The translations under genes were made by a program, and so were the position numbers. From positions 20,350,371 to 20,414,370 of the forward strand of contig CM119269.1 in the NCBI GenBank assembly GCA_051294375.1: a stretch of DNA of 64,000 nt. The letters run 5' to 3'. Positions 57,454 to 64,000 of the stretch are shown here, in pieces (the stretch's first letter is position 1; every line of letters begins with the position of its first letter). The notes beneath the pieces are model-generated. The model searched no databases, had not been told where the DNA came from, and was given only the letters and a program-made list of their open reading frames with translations. This DNA is from Paraspadella gotoi. Taxonomy: Eukaryota; Animalia; Chaetognatha.

Positions 57454-59781
57454 TTTTTTTGATTGTTTTTGTTTGTTTATCTTTTATTTTTCGTAAGTTA
57501 TCTGGTTCGACTTTATTTTGTATTATTTGGCTTTGTTTTTCGTCTTGCAGTTTAATTGTGATTAATAATGATAATTTTAAAATACTGTATGAAAAAAATT
57601 GATAAAGAGCCGACGGTAACTTTTAGTTTTCGATCGATTTCCGTCATTTTATATAATTCTATACGGAGGTTACTCATCGTAAGGATTAAGGAATTGATGC
57701 TGGCCGGATCGAGTGACCGTCTGTTTCGATCTGATTTGAGTAGACAGGATTTGGTGGGCTTTTAGTTGATGAGCATTAAAAATGTAGAGGTATAACTAAA
57801 ACTCTTACTTTGTACCTGAGCGAGCACTAAAACCACGATAAGAAATTAAACTAACAATACTATTGTTAGAATCTAACTTAACTAAGCCCCCTTTGTCTTC
57901 TCCCATGACTTCCCTTCGAAATTGATTTTTCCATTAAGTTTTTCCGGGTGTGCCGGTTCTCCTAGAATTTTCCCGTTTGATCAAACTTTCTATTAGTTTC
58001 CATCCGACTGGGATTTCCCCGGATTCAATAGTCGTGCGAGACACAGATAATCAGGAGTGGAGATCCGGGATATTTACTTTGACCTCGCTCTCCTTTTTTG
58101 GGCATCGGTCAATCATATTCTCTCGTTTCGTGAACATATGCCGTTATTGATTCGCTTGCTGATGAAGACTCGCAAAACATAAGAGTCGAAACATGTCCGA
58201 ATTATAAATTCAATTGTTGTAACAACGAAAATTTCCTTTTCTCTCTAAAAATTTGATCGAGTAAAAAGAAGTTATTTTGTAATTTTTATAAAAATTGATC
58301 GAAGATTAATCCTAATTAGATATTAGTATTTGTACCAGTGGTAAATACTACCTTGGCAGCCTACGATTTAATTTTGTTTGCTTGTTTTAGTACTTTTAAG
58401 ATTAGTTTCGCTTAGCCTATGAATAAAAGTAAATTTTGAAAAAGAGCAAATTTAAAAAATTTTTTAAACTAAAATATATTCTTTGATAAAAATAACAAAA
58501 TGTATAAAAATCAATATTGATTATATATATAATGCGTCTATTGTATTATACATAGGTACTAGAAGTGTTATTCATTATGAGTGTAAACGATTTTAGCCAT
58601 TACTGTAGAAACGAAGGTTGAATTTAAAAATTAAATGTAAAAAAAATCTAAAGGAGGAATTTGAATTTGACAACAAATGCAAATGTTTATTCAACACTGA
58701 AATAATGCGCTTGTTTGTTTCGAATGATCGTGAAAGGTCGGGTTAAAAAAACGGGAATACACAAAACGGGGAAAATCCAAATTTTCTGCCACAGGGACAC
58801 CGTCCTCAAAGATGTGGCTGCAGCACCCCTAGGTGATATCTGTTGGTCCTGTCCAAGATTTTAATAGTTGGAAAAATCCTGCTAGTTTTTTTTTAAACGT
58901 TAATAATGAAACTTCCCATGACGTCGCTTTTCAAAAAATTGCAATCAACCGAGTCGACTTTGAAAAGCAGACTTTGAAGGTCAAAGATCTAAACCAGAAC
59001 TCAGAGAATTGAAAATCGAAAAAACTAGAAAAAGCGACCTGTCACGTGACTAGGGGTGAACACTTTGAATTTGCCATGGGGTGAGGGCACTCAAAAAAAA
59101 TTAACGTGACTTGTGTGTGTTAAGCTACGTTAATATATATACGAATAGTATGTTCCTTATTCTGTCTCTTTGAGATATTGTGAAAAGCAACTACATTCTT
59201 ATCTCCCAGCTGTATTTCATTTTTGTCTTCTTTCCATCAGTTATTATTTATGATGAATTTAGAATTAAGTTTCACATTGTCAAAAACCTTGCGCTGAAGA
59301 AGGTTCGAATTGTCAAGAACCGAAACATGTACGAAATTAATAAATCATCGTTGTATTAACAAAATAAAATACGAGAACTAAGTATAAAAATCAAGAATGG
59401 CACAAAATAGATATAAATAAATCATTTAATACTCATACTATACGAGAATTTTATTTCATATCTAGAATGATAGAAGGAAAACTAATCTATGAGATTACTT
59501 ATTTATTTTCATAGAAATAGGACAAAATTTTATTTTCCGTCAAAGATACAAAGAGCAAATATTGATTAGAACGACTCAAAACAGTAATACAGTATACACA
59601 TTTAAAAAAAGTCTATAAGAATTATCATTATTTAAAAAAAAAATATTTTTTTTGATTTTTCATAAGGTGTGTCTAAAAAAAAAGAAGTTTACAATTGGTG
59701 ACCTTAAATTTTGCTGGATCAGTTTGATTTCGAATTTTTCTTGCGACGCCCATTGTGGCTGCAACTGAAGGAGATTTGTTT

Positions 59782-61560
59782 TCATCGTAGGTTAACATAA
59801 ATGTCGCCACAGGCGCCACCATTTTCTTCACCGTCGTGGATATTTCCGCTTGTGACGGTGCTGGTTTTTATTTCGTCAAGTTCGGCGGCCCCGCCGTCTT
59901 CATTTCCACAAGAAAACAATGGAAAAAGGAATGACGATTAAATAGCGAATACCGTAAAATTTCTGCTCGAGTTTTAAAAACAAACCAAACCGAATTTTGA
60001 ATATTTTTATGAATCAAAAACCATTTATTAAATCATTTACGAACTTAGTATAAATCTAAAGTGGGTGCTAACCAATAAAATCGATAAATCTATAAAAAGT
60101 CAACTATCGTGGAATTAGCAAAACAAAGATGCCATTCACTTACCAAATTCATCAGACTTGAAAATTGTTCTTTCAATTGTTTTTTTGTCGAAGGGCGAAA
60201 CTGTGTAACCGTCTTCGTCGACAGATTCTGAAAAAGTGTTTATCCATATCATTTGTATCAGTCTGTCTGCATGCTTTCCACATAGTACTTTACAGTTATT
60301 TTTAAAAGTACAATTCAACGTATTTAAATTACATTTTATTAATTCACAGTGAATTAACTAACCTATTTTCTCTGAATCTTCCATCGTATCGCAAATTTCA
60401 TAGCAATTTGAGTTCACGTCGTCGCCGATTTTTTCATTTTCGTAGTCGACGTCATAGTCTACGTCGTCGTTATCGTCGCTTTTCTTCCGCGACGTGATGT
60501 TATCCAGTGAGAAAGTAAATGACTCGTGATCCGTGTATCGATTGCTCAACGCGTCGATCTGTCGACAACGAAAAGTGAACGTGCTTTGCGGTTTCCATGG
60601 TTTCCATGTACCTAAACGCGTTTCTTGCTGACTAATTTCACCTGGCTTTTTTCGAATTCCGGCCTTTTTTTCAATTTTTGTTTCTTCTTGACGACGATGA
60701 AGACCGCGATGTTGACGACGACGATGACGACGACGACGACGAAAAATACTGTTTCAGTCCGGTAGCTTGCAAACCATTGAGAGATAGATGGACCTTGATC
60801 GGTTGGGGCGTCCATCGAAACTATTTTTGCGATAAGAAATTAATGCCCCTTACGAGTGATACCGATCTGAACGTTATAATAATTTCAACTTACCCGAAAA
60901 GTTTTTATTGAGTAAGAATCGCGATAAAACGATTTCTCCCGTTTTTTTGTCGTCATCTATGTATTCAAAAGCGCAACTCAGCCGCGCTTCCGAAAAGTTT
61001 TCATTGATAGATATAGAGTAGGTAAACCCCTTAGAATTTTTGTACTCAATTTTTTTTATTCCTCCAGAAGGCAAATCTTCGGAAAATTCTCTCTTCTTCC
61101 CTTTGAATAATGTAAACTCTATCAAAAGCGAGGGAACCAGATTCGTGTTTTCGTGGGCGCAGTTGATTGGCACGACTTCGTCAGGTGACGCTTCGATGTT
61201 CACGATCCTCGGTTCTCGCGGACAAACGCTGACCAGCAAATCAGTCGATCGCAAGTTAGGATATATTCCACGTATTCTGTTGTTGTCAAAATGAAGGTTT
61301 TTCCAGAGAAACATTTTCGACCGAAAATGAGATTTCGCCAAAACGCTTGTATAAATTCGCACATCTTCGTCTCTCATATCTTGAACCCGGGAATTTTTTT
61401 CGATGAAAGTTCTGCTATGTGCAAATGAGCAGTTTCGCAGGACGACCGAATAGGGCAAAGACGATGGCATCTCGATCTTTACGGTGTTTGTGCATTCTAT
61501 AGTGTCACTAAAACCGGTCATCGGTAAAACGAGTAAAACCGAGAAGAACAACAACGCCAT
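59782..61560 (-). CDS. Cell-surface family member R4: exons 61560-~60894, ~60820-60642, ~60611-60363, ~60227-60144, 59897-59782
   Basis: Signal MALLFFSVLLVLPMTG; CTNTV..LRNCSF; TDLLVSV...INCAHENTNLVPSL...ENFSEARLSCAFEY; [27 protein letters not shown]; tail VDYDVDYEN, NCYEI, DEDGYTV, DIYVNLR*. One indel needed near 60650. Confidence 0.72.
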
Positions 61561-61838
61561 CTTTTTGGGTTTTTCTTTTTTCTTTTTTTTTTGTTAAAAA
61601 TTATCTTTTAAAGAGAAAGATAAGGCTATAAAATGAGTGAATAAATTTTAGAGAAATGCGGGAGGATAGATATATTGTAACCAGAGATTTAATAGTAACA
61701 GTGACTGATTTTTGTGACTAATACTCTTCAGTTTACTTCTGCGGTCGAAGTTTTTAGTCCTTATTGCGAACAATGAAACTTTTTTTAAGAAAACATTATT
61801 TATTTACTAAAATTGGTTATGAACAGATAGGAAAAAAC

Positions 61839-61844
61839 AGAGAG

Positions 61845-61897
<53 letters not shown>

Positions 61898-61900
61898 AAG
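61839..61900. repeat. (GA)n microsatellite
   Basis: Read directly. Confidence 0.93.
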
Positions 61901-61919
61901 ATTTTTACAATCTTTTTAA

Positions 61920-63925
61920 CTAGAGAATTCCATAGACAAAGACTGCAATTACGTAAACAACGACATTGACTCCCAAAAAGGACAACCCCGCTGCTCCGTT
62001 CCCCATTCCAACGTTTCCCCCTCTGGCGGCGCCATTATTCTTTAACTTCAATCCGTCCCCGTCAACGTGGATGGCACCGTAAGTCTCTGTCGGGATGGCA
62101 TCATCTGGCGAAGAGCCGGATGATGAAATGACAGCGCCATCTGTGGAGAAAGAGACCAATCTGACCGGAGAGGCTGGAGTTGTGAGAGCAATGGGAATAA
62201 TTGCCGCGCTCGGCGTCGGTGAAGCCATTGCGCTCGTTGAAGGTCTTGAGGTCCGAGAGGAAAGGGAACTCCGAGCAGCGCCGGTCGTCGGTCGAGTGAA
62301 CTTACCCTTTGCAACCTTGGTTTTGTCAGAGGGCGTCTTCAACAACGGAGTCTTTTTAGTCGTGACTGTCAAAAAAAATTGGTCTCTCTGGTATTACTTG
62401 ATGAAGGCCGAATTTTATAAACAAGAAAGCATAAATAAGCAAAAAACTCTGAAAGTAAACAAATTGTCGTAACTCAAACTATATGTGGAATTCGTTTTGT
62501 AGTGAGACATCACTGTTAAAGTAAATACCCGCTTAGTTTTAAAGAATCCTAAAACTCATTATGTTTCATCTGGAAAAATAAGGGTAGAAAACATTTGTTT
62601 ATTTAAAGAAAAAACTTTCTGGGATAAATATTTCCAAGGCCAAGAAATAAATTATTCTTTATTTATTGATTTTATTATTATCAATTTATCACTATGATTG
62701 ATGTTTTCATTATTACTGTTAATTATTTTGTACATATTATAAATATTGATTATCTCTATTAAGTTTCATCTCCAGAATCGTGCTTACACTGTCCATTATA
62801 AACCACCCCCATCTTTCACCACCCACCTTCTTCCACCTCCGTCGCGTTTACCACCTCAAAGATCATCTCTACCACCACCTCCACATCCTCCTCCCCCAAC
62901 TTGGCGCGAAACTGGAACTCCTCGTCGCGTCGCCGGTAGACGGGGAATCCGCAGAGGAGGCGCGCCGCTTGGAATGTCTCGTCGACGACGACGACGAAGC
63001 GCCGGTCGTTGTTGTTGTTGTCGTCCGTTGCGAGAGAGACGCTCACAACGCCTTGGGAAGAATTTGCGGAGGAATGAAGATTTAATTTATCAATTTTGTG
63101 TTATCTATTAAGGATCGTTTATGGAATAATGAGAGGGACATCTTTTTCATTTTAATGCCTGTCGATGTTAAACGATTTTACCGATTTCACAGATTCAGTA
63201 CAATCATCAATATTCAATAACATACAAAACACAATGCAACTAAGTCTTAAAAAAAAATTGAATAAAAATAAACAATTCTGAATTTTTAAAAAAAAATTAA
63301 ATGTCACTTTTCAACTGAACCTCCTCATGCAAGCATTAGCACCTCCTTACCGTCCCCCTTCACGCCCGTCCACTGCCGCTCCGCCACGCCCCCTCCGAGC
63401 AGCGTCTCGTTGCGTCCGTCCTGCAGCGCCGCCATCAGCGTCGGCGTCAGCGTCGGATTCTCGTGTTCGCATTCTATCTCGACGCCACGATATGGACGCG
63501 CGGGAACGACGACCGGTTGGGGGCGCGGAGGCGACACCGTGAGGAGAAAGTCGAGAGGCTTGCGGGAGGAGACGGAGAACTTGTGGCTTTTTAGGGGGGG
63601 GNNNNNNNNNNNNNNNNNNNNNNNNNAGGGTGGGTATGGGATGTCGAAATGTATTGAGTAGAGGGGAGATTGTAATAACATGAACAGTAAAATAGTCTTA
63701 TCCTAATGATAAAAAACCAAAAAAAATTATCCCATTCCTCCTTTTTTTTTTCGGCCTTGTAGATATTATGAGTTTCTCATTAATGATTTCCTCATTAATG
63801 ATTTCCTAACAGGGAATTTTGTGCAATATCTATTAGAAAACTGGAACAGAAAGTAATCTAACCTCGTGTTGTGTAGATGCACCCGTATATCCAGAAGACA
63901 TCATTAACGTCCCCATCACAAACAT
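61920..63925 (-). CDS. Cell-surface family member R5 (5' end probably beyond window): exons ~63925-63864, ~63680-63351, 63051-~62830, ~62372-61920; probable GPI anchor
   Basis: CDGDVNDVFWIYGCIY; LDFLLTV...IECEHENPTLTPTL; ETFQAARLLCGFPVY; long S/T/P stalk ending NGAAGLSFLGVNVVVYVIAVFVYGIL* with no cytoplasmic tail. Confidence 0.62.
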
Positions 63926-64000
63926 ATAAATAATATTATACTTAAATATTTATAACAAAAATATTTTTAACAATTAAATAAAATCATAAATAATATTTAT

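Overview
Animal (bilaterian) genomic DNA with short AT-rich spliceosomal introns and CpG-rich exons, from a gap-filled draft assembly (11 N-runs, six of them exactly 25 N). Left to right: (1) a 4-exon NeuroD-family bHLH gene (1119-3873, ~697 aa). (2) An error-rich zone (~5-28 kb) of repeated, indel-riddled copies of one locus, probably largely unpolished long-read fill; a ~0.7-kb TIR element sits at different sites in two copies and is absent from the third. (3) The best copy of that locus: a HAD-IIA phosphatase (PGP/chronophin-like, +, 29576-32322) convergent with a GH30 glucocerebrosidase (-, 32661 to ~45430). One GBA intron of ~8.7 kb contains a whole same-strand Zn-alcohol dehydrogenase gene plus a fold-back copy of it, and two neighbouring GBA introns each hold a strongly base-paired element I cannot assign to a family. 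(4) The most novel-looking feature: a tandem array (49.8-64 kb, - strand) of five highly diverged cell-surface genes sharing a C-x2-(E/S)N(P/T)xL(V/T)PxL...(L/F)xC ectodomain. Their C-termini differ: three have tyrosine-rich tails (YxN, one ITIM-consensus), one is nearly tail-less and one looks GPI-anchored. All gene models were assembled by eye; no searches were run.
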